Of a stretch of 64,000 bases of DNA, positions 39,901 through 46,600 are shown one piece after another. The notes below the pieces were generated by a model. That model did no database searches. It was not told where the DNA came from and saw nothing but the letters and a program-made list of their open reading frames with translations. Position 1 is the stretch's first letter. Each line of letters begins with the position of its first letter. Source of the stretch: a virus. Made by a program: the position numbers and the translations under genes. Location: positions 32,001 to 96,000 of the IMG/VR virus record IMGVR_UViG_3300024581_003792. One strand, 5' to 3'.

Positions 39901-41369
39901 AGGATAGAGTCAAAGAACTAGTCCGGGGCGGCGAATTACAATATTTCAATAACGGTACAAGCGGGGAAGGTGCACAACCTAAAAAAAGCAGACTACAGGC
40001 CGGAATGGAAGGTGTTGCAAGAACTGTAGTAATGTCAGAGGTCAGTCGAAGAATTGGAGAATCAATCAATAAAAAACAAGATAAGCCGCCGACTTTTGAC
40101 ATGAAAAGATTAGAGAGACTTAATCTTGGATCTGATGTGAGTCTTAAGAGCGGTGACCCCAGGCTTAGTGGTAAAGCTTTAGCTACAGACCCAGTCATGG
40201 AAGACTATAAAGAATTTCTACTGGACAAAGCCGCATATAATGCGCAAAAGAAAAACGAAAAATTTAATAAAAGACTTCAGACCTTAGGAACAATCCTTGG
40301 TGCTGCCACTAGCTTCATGATGTCTGAGGTTACGAATATCCTTAAAGAACCTGTGCAGAAATTAGTGCAAGGAGTATCTAATAAAACTGGTGAGATTTTC
40401 GGGAAGTACGGCAATCAGTATACACAGGCAAAAGCCGAAGCTAAATTCAGAGGTCAAGACTTAAATTATTCTGATTTCAAGAAATCAATGTCTGTGTTTG
40501 AAAAATCTGGGAATAAAGGTTTTTATCAAGGCCCACAAGGTAATCTTTTTTATATGTCTCAAGACAATGCTGGAGATTATGCAACGTTCAATCTAAATCG
40601 ATTGTCTGACATTCAAGATATGGGTCCAGCGGAGCAGGCAAAAGTTCTAAATCTTTACAATACAACAAAGGTAAGAACTCAAGCTATGAGGCAATTTGCA
40701 TCAAACAATCAAATGGATGCAAAAGCAGAAATATTTAAAGCTAATGGAGGTAAGATACCAGCAATGCTAACTGCAGGAGAGGCAGTAATACCTTCTTCTA
40801 TTGCTCAAAGAATTGGATACGATAACCTCAATAAAATGAATACAACTGGCCAAATTCCAGTAGTAAAAGGCAAGGGTGGGATAGATAATGTAGGACCAGT
40901 TGGATTAAACGAAGGTGATTTCGTTATAAGAAAAAGCTCTACCGAAAAGCTTTTAAGGGAAAATCCTAGAATGATGCGCTTCGCCATACAAAACCCAGAA
41001 GGATTTAAGCGGGGCGAACAAGGTTATTACCAGGGAGGTATAGTAGGTACAACTCCTTCTACTGCAAGCGCACCATCAGTCACTTCACCTAGGGCCAGCA
41101 AGGCTGCTGCTAGCCCAGTCAATAACATGCAGCCATTGCTTCAAGCTGCTCAATCTCAAAATTCTCAACAAAATAATCAGACCACAAACAATGAGGTCAC
41201 TAACAACATTAATGTGAATGTTACGGTAGATAGAACGGGCAATGAAAGGGTAAGCGCAGACACATCAGAGGGATCATACGAGCAAGAGCAACAGCTAGCT
41301 GTAAAAATAAAATCAAAAGTTCTTGAGGTCATACGAGAGGAGAAGAGGATAGGTGGAGAACTTAGCTGA
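27987..41369 (+). CDS. tape measure protein (4460 aa) with internal motif-delimited cassette array
   Basis: TP901-type TMP core at N-terminus (IDKLAAVD..., IGNSLKTIFTRI); long coiled coils; C-terminal FAEGG..G..D.VPAMLT.GE.V motifs; position before tail tip genes. Confidence 0.9.
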   Translation: MAGIRADVNLSVNTSNVKRSLDRATNEINKVVNGISGKQVSFNVNQKSFTQPLGRITQSANEFTKSLEASNARVIAFGLSVSIINGISDAFRSLVVEAVRFEKTMADINAVMGMSNEGLAEFGEGLFDVAQATAQSFNVAAEAALEFSRQGLETEEVLRRTNDALILTRLTSLDAADAVSGLTAAVNAFGKAGLTTTDIIDKLAAVDVAFAVSSEDLINALQRSGAVAIDAGVELDSLIGIVAALQQTTARGGAVIGNSLKTIFTRIQRPESIRQIEDLGIVVRDLSGAILPADKILLNMAKSFDGLTQAQQSNVVQFSAGIFQANVFRAALADLAKDQSLQAKATEISSKASGEAAKKNELLNKTISALASQTGTKIQELAAVLGEMSLGPGIGSALEFLSERLDEIRGILGGGEEEGSTFAKGLVRGIGNIITGPGAIAFGAIFIKMFMNIAKFAQTSMKDVLGVVSQKDKIRNMEEAILQALSKNVHIQQSLNNLEGDRLAQEKFMLGIIEAQTQAMKEQQMLARSLAGPLVQKGVSPTMIGASSGVVPEAAKKQERRGAIQGGYSPGAIDSMQVAGLGKVIYNKAETVKQFPGMKQPAIMPPERSKAGTVYQKSFKERHGFDPYASHGFVPNFAMKRGATLVMDKAKLKIFGTDVDIGKAVNKKYQEIQDHFQTKTPINIEAGLNQIITSSSKQKKESTGKESLFESFEGLSEAGIRSIERPFDVRNIGAAKSRSKKPKKITNAEFAEKKVMGLLNREQSVDKVDKKESYRLTHDPETNRGTPDYPVDIISYGQNYPTYEVKSGSFDPANLISKSLRMASDRELPNWMQQNKISGGKKLQERKLKKAETLSKKLDLYDPKQKKSAKEEGFEFSQDFADEWGLSQGFIPNFVAKHHIDQGFVEKYTSVRNNLGERFKDKQEFLEYFKTQAKNVVQKLKNNLELSSDPNKKEKQKIAGINEEDFEKATSFYNTLPLAKTRKSIDKLLANKDLFVNINKAQAKEDVNQLGIRSVGDFYRKTDFGQQATFDKTLTTIKNIGYQQEVDLAKDALDKVRSLTESKKAAVSKTRLKGDLFEKAISILAGQPFKKGKDALDFSRAQDRPVLMDPEIREQIDLGEDVIYGDAESGSGHKLHLMRDKVIRELEEGGELYSLIQGEGDINLPGETFTDIVANGSDAKPKDSSSIKLDDLLTSSRTSSGTKKAIEKSLTKKYEGKITPAQRKKEYQRNVKFDYYVDDVNLENLKVDRRTRLGKELGNIDRQFLAVTSQTNSDGLVPNFASFMSPLRFDIGDEKSNGKSYVARTAKSGKLFLLDRGLNPFREYMESQGKPTPVMSQGRVGKRDGYWVNQYESDILEWAKQPNPQILERDINEKKAREESLEHFRQDLKHGTFKPLEAGYPLQLGGGELVRYSPESGFGKTIVDKMGPEYKHISVNAKKIQDYARDNNITKKFNFGPAPDYAKALNTMLRLPKADIEKLDFIRPREKSENEKKKELRDSSPKSPIKWDVKQDMVTKKKSYAIKASDDTFSYFKKFLKTKGVPQRSIQNIDKALQGKSERLEEIKRTAIEKSQSRSGNQMFYDAAVQSDNFLKSFSIPTKDLYIKDLSNLIKEFNSTVYKEFNSGLIADYSPVEMNKGYVPNFIGFNVPKKSHQLIETFNQITEKNKLIPTVNSLMEQGVDRETAIQQTKDDQFGQKKSMFKILNKMKSEGVKQLFFGQGGKIFPHQSAGTIPFTIDKIKDIINGTGYKTNLKSDGFVPNYAVTLSDDKYYNEKSVKHGISQLYKKSGGRQKLTPQDLEFASERYISAIKDSGKTYPGGNFNVGGKKFNFNEVSMALMKHGQFYQPKEGEAVDMSEGFAEGLIPNYAAKIRNGAIYHSKTNNKAVRVKRADQAERIAYIKHHTQDHMFDPEVPFSDLTPATKKQVQEYLGRSPTKAKGFVPNFADTTLYRGQGRPTLDTPDILSNLPSFSGAETPEDIVGIIQNFVKSHVSGELSGQRHNPNSAKRASGAVSFSTSKTIAREFSGLGTIRRKATNPDGKVFEKEVPQKNIFSKQKLLKILSKGADIENNVYPKVQEFKQAISSGAIQKWAQENGGIFLNVSGTYNDQEAYGKMGKVEYGRFEHKFLGKRMPAIVPPKEIGFNKNKTFQISPREEEVMQVFGDGLVPNFADPQKIRNGAIYHSQTNNKAVRVVRANQAERIAYIKHHTQDHMFDPEVPFSDLIPASKKQVQEYLGRKSKNKAKGLIPNFANPLQDAVNRERAAGIPQSRIRIEKSSQLKSPKNPMGLAVTNTRDEPAGLQQGIRRAKSMGIDPKSHGASKGLVPNFAGNKGQAKQEGGLMQLFVFQSLLSTANGFLQEFAENGSQAAKMFSEAGQAASSMASVFLTTKEIGSQLTEGMGIDPGKTINLRDLFSESGRRKAKAGTGRFTQGLKAAAKDGFGQAGSKGILQGVKAFSGGIASAGKMLLRFTPMIGSLISLGTAANEIFKLFNDGKGIMSLFESASEKAARNLEKLSKSTEALESALGALQNKTEVSTKIEELELLGSMRTQKQETELFQLKMKELDIQSKVQKSMSQLFQENVTGTVIASKLSNQFTQSGITVDEQTETLKKLILVQKQRIAIEEGTKAFGDLIEKRFDKFTSSFDFSSITGQDAEFLKQASSFRGAQAGMALGGVMAGSEDLDPKERLRILEENIGVIGKLDLNKISKSSADGITDFLSEKLKGTEDFGGSLIAAHIGDILDTIDDAEDNMVGFEKIEAAAAKNALDAFINQLKKQKDLLEKDGVAQTLAQSTAQVKEEYLKIIRSIKDERKQRLHRQDLENSISATQRKIAESQISLLDEHQAISKSTLIRKESSRKIEEISEKFSTDILKANNASLGAMQSVSEEFIKTDQLAQQFRKGAGVTMADAVENLKKSVGQNLTSLDLSGIENAIGEAISPADAQSLRNSFASVSSRIAHLDDNGKIINEFMREYGSITEGTVAAAFMAALNQKEIMQLTQKQKNLLTDSINDLKRANQIAETQRKNALSILKEDETLKLIRAKTVDGARALKDKLSGINIPELSIKSNQGETATLSVLNDARRGQVKALMDSRALDDKAYQLQIEKNRTEAESSVLSLRQLQSQEAILRSTQTQSEDYKNIIRIQQAKFESELSNSYLTKRETVAREDFLKIDSKRYKLVNEQLETEMSNARTTARLNLEKLKLTSITETLEEIAATQIKEELTSTQSSSLIASEKSLQLIKNQEISEQLFRASQLQEKSNQLDELRLAARKASMSQQEFDQQADTEVAIERANAISAARLNIAKLKRLSIQEELNKQVQIELTEEITSAQRSALIASEKAIILSEMGEQGRLLRQANELQESANKLQTLENSIRKAGMSEKQLRLNTEVDVATQRADAIAGTRGAAMRAQITGSPEDALAFAQSLKETNKSLGNGTRAFDQLRIKMAELNVSAADLGSDLVDIGIDGARTGLKQLFKDIGSGAKSAKEAWSDFSLGLAEQLLDRVMEDNIDKIIKDLTYAFTGEDGSSDAEKIAGSNSHLISAIGSLEGVFKSQGTHTKDLQQELQKGIRLNAPTMDSKLLGMAEFDKSIANLKTQVDALAGVVSLDVSNRKNESREQTKDSQDLTDLNPNGTTSKLIENETLMQQQTARGRGRAANQVLADSGYNPDAIHTLPSGISHHRNPKLRKLEQAQTESLKNIRHFESKISDLNMTPERREAFNKLNIQPDKKAGAKRVDKQRQSIAEGIEFTFREGIDQTIQSDKQHNISNIEELQKNFKIGTDPKARPNLATRSMVPEMGEVSYFKGEGDPKDPGNWGELNIPEFMKIKEQSTLEIQNFLGVTENLAKVYKDVAINADAAKDSMANNAKQHDEYSIKLKNEQQNYENITLAISSTNQELSSFSSVISKTKQNLDTFNNKLATSKNTQPQPVIENPKAGLNQSGGIIQKFAEGGFVKGPAGIDRVPAMLTAGEYVIPKDRVKELVRGGELQYFNNGTSGEGAQPKKSRLQAGMEGVARTVVMSEVSRRIGESINKKQDKPPTFDMKRLERLNLGSDVSLKSGDPRLSGKALATDPVMEDYKEFLLDKAAYNAQKKNEKFNKRLQTLGTILGAATSFMMSEVTNILKEPVQKLVQGVSNKTGEIFGKYGNQYTQAKAEAKFRGQDLNYSDFKKSMSVFEKSGNKGFYQGPQGNLFYMSQDNAGDYATFNLNRLSDIQDMGPAEQAKVLNLYNTTKVRTQAMRQFASNNQMDAKAEIFKANGGKIPAMLTAGEAVIPSSIAQRIGYDNLNKMNTTGQIPVVKGKGGIDNVGPVGLNEGDFVIRKSSTEKLLRENPRMMRFAIQNPEGFKRGEQGYYQGGIVGTTPSTASAPSVTSPRASKAAASPVNNMQPLLQAAQSQNSQQNNQTTNNEVTNNINVNVTVDRTGNERVSADTSEGSYEQEQQLAVKIKSKVLEVIREEKRIGGELS
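29880..34961 (+). repeat. ten G-[FLY]-[VI]-P-N-[FY]-[AVI] peptide repeats within the TMP
   Basis: Gly codons at 29880, 30651, 31809, 32895, 33249, 33564, 33795, 34470, 34710, 34941. Confidence 0.92.
33588..34688 (+). repeat. duplicated 63-aa domain (33588-33776 and 34500-34688)
   Basis: KIRNGAIYHS...QEYLGR, 58/63 aa identical. Confidence 0.95.
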
Positions 41370-42442
41370 TGAATGGGACAGTTTTAGGTTATGAGCAACA
41401 GTTCTTTGTTAACGGAACACAGATATCTGGAGTTCAAAGTGTAGAAGGTTCCTACGCTATACAAGAAAGACCCATAAATGTATTGGGTTGGGGACATGTC
41501 AATAAAGATTATCATTACGGCATTGACCACATATCTTACGATGATAATAGCTTTATATTAGATGCGAATGGGTTTAGGTTTTTGCAAGAAAAGACATGTA
41601 TTAGAGAAAATGAAAGAAGCCCCCATAATATGGCAGTGCTGGACGCACCTCTTGAAGGAGATTTCAGTATAAATTCTATTTTAGTAAGCGAAGACTTTTT
41701 TTTACAATTTTTAGGTGACGAGCCTTTTACTGGAAGCATACATCACGGTGGTAGTTATTTTGGTTTTTATAGTGGGTACATAACAAATCATAGTGTTTCG
41801 TGCAGCATAGGCCAACTACCCACCACAACAACGAGTATAAAAGTTTTTGGAGATATAGGGGGGTCTCCCGATTTTATTAATCAAGAAAATGATTTCCCTA
41901 TACTTAATGAAGATGGCTACCAAGTAGCCACAAGTGATTCTTACAATAATGGAATGTATAACGCTTCTGGAACCTATGAATATCCAGAAATAAAGCTACC
42001 AAACCAAGGGTCAATTATCGTAGAATGTACGGGAGCAAGCACGGATCGAGTCACTTCCTTTAGTCATTCTATTGACATACCAATTGATCCTATATATATT
42101 GTTGGTTCTGCTTATGCCGCGCAAGTAGATGTTATCTGGCCAGTAACCACAGAAACATCTTTTACTTTAGATATCGATGAATACAAGTATCAGAGTCTTA
42201 GAAAATACATGAGAACTCCTACGGTTCAAGACATAAAAATTATGATTAATGATTGCTTCGGGGAGCCAATACAGTATTATACTGTAAAAAAAGCAAGGCT
42301 AATATCAGAGACTATGTCGGCCTCAACGGAAGGAAGGTTAACTGTAAATTTAACATATAAATCTTATTATAATAAGAGAGGAGAAAAACCTCACGAGAAC
42401 GAAATGAACTATAGTAGATACTTAAAGGAAAAAGCTGATTAA
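41369..42442 (+). CDS. tail tube-like/distal tail protein
   Basis: ISGVQSVEGSY...PINVLG, YITNHSVSCSIGQLP resemble the tube paralogs; directly after TMP. Confidence 0.55.
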   Translation: MNGTVLGYEQQFFVNGTQISGVQSVEGSYAIQERPINVLGWGHVNKDYHYGIDHISYDDNSFILDANGFRFLQEKTCIRENERSPHNMAVLDAPLEGDFSINSILVSEDFFLQFLGDEPFTGSIHHGGSYFGFYSGYITNHSVSCSIGQLPTTTTSIKVFGDIGGSPDFINQENDFPILNEDGYQVATSDSYNNGMYNASGTYEYPEIKLPNQGSIIVECTGASTDRVTSFSHSIDIPIDPIYIVGSAYAAQVDVIWPVTTETSFTLDIDEYKYQSLRKYMRTPTVQDIKIMINDCFGEPIQYYTVKKARLISETMSASTEGRLTVNLTYKSYYNKRGEKPHENEMNYSRYLKEKAD

Positions 42443-43642
42443 ATGAGTAAGCCTTTTTTTAGATATGAGGATGTACCTTTGTTGTTAGCTGCAGAAGGGC
42501 AAGATCCAGTTATGGTTTTCGCAAACAGAGCAAGTATATCTGCTAGCCAGCCTTTGGAGGCTAAAAAATTTATAGATGATTACAATATATCTTTTGCTGA
42601 CGTATCCGAAGATGTAGTTTTAAGTGAGGGTGATATTGTTGATTTTTTGCTTGGACCTCCAGGTGGGCCAGGAATGAAGATCCCTGAATCTGTTGAATTA
42701 ATTAAAAGCGGACAAAAAATTGCTTACCCAAACGGACAGGCATTATACGTAGAGCAAGACGCTTATGCAGGAGATTATCACATAAAAGTAAAAGCTACCG
42801 GTGATACAAAATTAGATGTAAATAAAGATGTGCCCTATGGGGAGATAGACGCCCTTAGGACTTATGCTGCCCAAGGAGAAATTCGAGGCAGGTTGAACAT
42901 AACTTATTATATGAATACTGGTAATATTCATAGTTTTGCAGACTTAACTGGACTAATGGATCCAAACATATATCCTCAAGTCAATGAATCAAAAATTACA
43001 GGATCAATAGGTGATTATAAGTTTCATGATGCATACTTGTCTGAAATGTCTTTTTCTGCTGAACCTTTCCAGGTAATAGAGACAAATTTAGATTTAGATA
43101 TCTACGGCAAAATGGAGCACGTCGAAGGATGGTCAGAAAGAGTTTTTGAGGATTACAATTGTATAAGAGAAGTGCAGTATACTGTACCCCATGCTATGAA
43201 CACAAAAATATATGGAGCTAATAGCGTAGGTATACAGCATCCCCTTAGCTTTAATTATAGCATATACGCAAATCAGATTCCGGAAATACCTTTACCTATT
43301 AGTGGTTTAGTTGATGAAGATGGTGAACTACCCACTAGAGTTGCTAAAAACGAAATAGATATAACGATAGACTTAGAGGGTGAAAGACTTGACCCCTTCT
43401 TGAAAATCACAGGCCAAAGGGCCGATGTAACAATCAGTCTTTCGGATATAGGGTTTGAAGAAGAATTTACGGATAATAACTTCGGAAAACTTAAAGAATT
43501 TAAACTTGCTGGTAACTTGGTGCTTCCTGACGCTGTTCCGCAAGAGCTAGAGCAGTACGGAGTAGTCGATCAAGATGCATTAGTTGTTTCTGAGGGTGGT
43601 TTCCTTCGTGGCAGAGCAAGCGTAAGGCAATCTTACAGATAA
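42443..43642 (+). CDS. minor tail protein (tube-like/baseplate hub)
   Basis: AYLSEMSFSAEPF, LSFNYSI motifs; synteny. Confidence 0.45.
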   Translation: MSKPFFRYEDVPLLLAAEGQDPVMVFANRASISASQPLEAKKFIDDYNISFADVSEDVVLSEGDIVDFLLGPPGGPGMKIPESVELIKSGQKIAYPNGQALYVEQDAYAGDYHIKVKATGDTKLDVNKDVPYGEIDALRTYAAQGEIRGRLNITYYMNTGNIHSFADLTGLMDPNIYPQVNESKITGSIGDYKFHDAYLSEMSFSAEPFQVIETNLDLDIYGKMEHVEGWSERVFEDYNCIREVQYTVPHAMNTKIYGANSVGIQHPLSFNYSIYANQIPEIPLPISGLVDEDGELPTRVAKNEIDITIDLEGERLDPFLKITGQRADVTISLSDIGFEEEFTDNNFGKLKEFKLAGNLVLPDAVPQELEQYGVVDQDALVVSEGGFLRGRASVRQSYR

Positions 43643-46600
43643 TGGACATACCTACTTCAGATTGGGCGCCCGAAAAATCGTACAAAAAGCACGATATCGT
43701 AAGAATGCGCGATCTTTCGACTCCCTACTATATAGAAAAAGTAGAAGATAAAAAAGTTGATCTACTACTGACGTTGGTTGATGACTGCAACAATAAAATT
43801 ATAACAGATCAATCAAAAAAAGTTGAACTTGACGTAACTGAGTTTAGTCAATTCTTTGAAAGGATTACTGTTCGAGAGACCGCCGAAATAGAATATGGCG
43901 TAAAGTTTAGACTTGATCCAAGAATAGGGTATTCCGCTAAAGTTATGATCAGGAAGGCCAGCGAAGAGTCAACGTTATCGGATCCAAACTTAACATATTT
44001 TCAGATAGAAGATTATGGTATTGATAAATCGAATTCTGTAGGCATTGGTGTGGGTCTTAAATTTTATGATAAAAAAATGGACGCTATCGATGTGGTTAAC
44101 CACAGAAAGATACAGAGAGCAATGGCATCTTCTGAACTCCATCATAGAGAGTGGTATAAAGCACAAATCGACATACATCCAAATGACATTCCTCAAGATG
44201 CCGTTTTTGGCTCTGCATTTATTTTTCTTTATGGATATGATACTGGTGGATTTGAGTTTCGTGATGTTGAAGTATACAACTTGAATCAATTTTTTTATTG
44301 CACTGAGGATCATATTTCCACTACCACCAATGAGCCTAATTATTTAAGATATTGGACTCAGGATTTTATATGGCGACCTTCTTATGGCTCAAGGTCAACT
44401 TTTGCGGCTATGAATGAATCTATGGTTCTTGGAGAAGGATCAGACTATGTAAATAATTTAGCGATCAACTCTTTGCCTTTAGAAATAGATCTAACTTTTA
44501 ATAATAGAACTGACCAGGAAGCTAGGGCAATTATTCATTTTTTACAAGAAAAGCATTTTCCTTATGAGTCTATATTTGGATTAGATTATAAAGGTGAAAG
44601 ATTATTGTCGAGCGATGTGCAAGATTTTAATTTCACATATACTTTTCCTTACAGAAAAGATTTAAAGTATACTTGTGTTGATTTTAGTCACTCAATAACA
44701 TATAGAAATAACAATGCGATATCGGCTAAATTCATATGCAATACAGAAAGCAGCCTAAAAAGCGTTGATAGTAATTCTGGTTATAACCAGAGACTAGACG
44801 CAATATTTCCTGTATTCGTGAATGAAGAAACATTTTTCGAAAAAGGAAAAATAGCGAGACTAGATTCATTTCCGGTAGAAGAGTTTATTGGAGAGGAAGC
44901 GCAGGAAAAAAGCGAAGAATCTCAAGATGATGATGATGAAAAAACAGTAGCCCTAACTTCTTTAGCCGAAATAGAGACATACGAGTACGATGAGAATGGC
45001 TACCCTAAGGCCGGGGTTCTATATTTTCGGGAAGAGCAAAACTTGCAAGTAGGTAACTGTCTTTACATTAGACCTGAATGGCCTGAAAATTCTGTATTCT
45101 CGGTTGGCGTCTGCAAGGTATTTAAAATATTAAGCCCCAAAGCTTTTGTGTTTGGTATAGGTCAAGGATACATCGAAAAAATTACATACACAAAAGAAAT
45201 ATGTCCGGGGCTAGAATGGCCTCTGGATGAACCAATCAAAGAGATATTCTTGGATTCAAGATTACAGCCTAATGGAGATACTCATAATGTTGGACCTTAT
45301 GACCCAATAACAAATGACGAAGATGATCCTCTTGAGGATGACGAAACTCTGGAAAAAATCAGTAGATTAAGCGAAGAAAGAGACGCGCCTGTTGTTATAT
45401 ATAAGCTTGGTATGTGCCCTGAAGACTGTTTGAGCGCTCAACCAATTTTACCTCCATCTATTAAAGACGGGGTAGTTCCTCATAAAATAATTAATCCAGT
45501 AACGGGAGAAGAAAGGAAGCGTATAATATATTTAAAAAATTATAGAATGCTGCAGATGGAGGCGGACATTACTCCTTCTAGCTATGCTCTTTTTGTTACG
45601 CCCTTATCTAGTTTTACTCTAGGTCCAGAAGATGATACGCAAGTATTAATTCCGGCTGTGGAGGGAAGAAGTAGTCTTTATATAGAAGACCCAGACTTGA
45701 TTCCAAAATATCCTTGGCTGCAAGTTAGGAATTTTGAGCACAGGCCCAGCTTGACATTTAATTTAAACAATCAGCCATCTCATTACAAAAGTGAATTTGT
45801 TCAGTATTATAATAAGAAATACAAAAAAAGCATAAATCAAAATATGTCCACATTTACTGTGGTGTTTGACAAAAGAAGTGATACTGAAGCTTCAGAAATA
45901 TTACAATTTCTTGAATCTCATTTAGGATATAAAAAATTTAGGTTCGTAATGCCGAGGCCTTATGGTACTGATACAGATCCGCTGACTACTCAAGCTAGAC
46001 CAAGAAATTCTACATTTTATTGTCCAAGCTGGGATCACGAGATTGTGTACAAGAACAATCATACTATCACAGCTACATTTATAGAATCTTCAACAGCTAT
46101 ACAAGAAGATCTTGCAAACCCCAAAGGGCCGTGTTTTGGGGCGCATATATACAATCCTATTACTCAGCATGAGACATCTACTTATTCTTCCGTAGCATAC
46201 GCATACCATCAATCAGGCTTAGAGTACGAAAGAGAAAAAGGTTATTTTCTGAACATAAAACCAAAGCTGATAGAAATAGTTTTTGCAATTGATGTCAATA
46301 CATCTACATTAACACAATATTTAAGCGTGGAAGGTAATTCATACTCAAAATATCAACTGATCAGAGACTCTCTTCTTAAATTAATCTCTGGTTATGCTGA
46401 TCCAGTTTCGAGTGATTTAAAGTTTCCCTCAACATACGGTTTCGGTAAATATAATACGCCTGAAATTTCTGACACAGATTCAATACCCCCTTGGTATTCT
46501 GCGGGCGATCCTATTGATGGAGTCATACCTAGCTTGCTTGAGCAAAATTATGAGCATGATCCAGCTAGAGAAAAAACAACAAATGAAACTCTACTAGATC

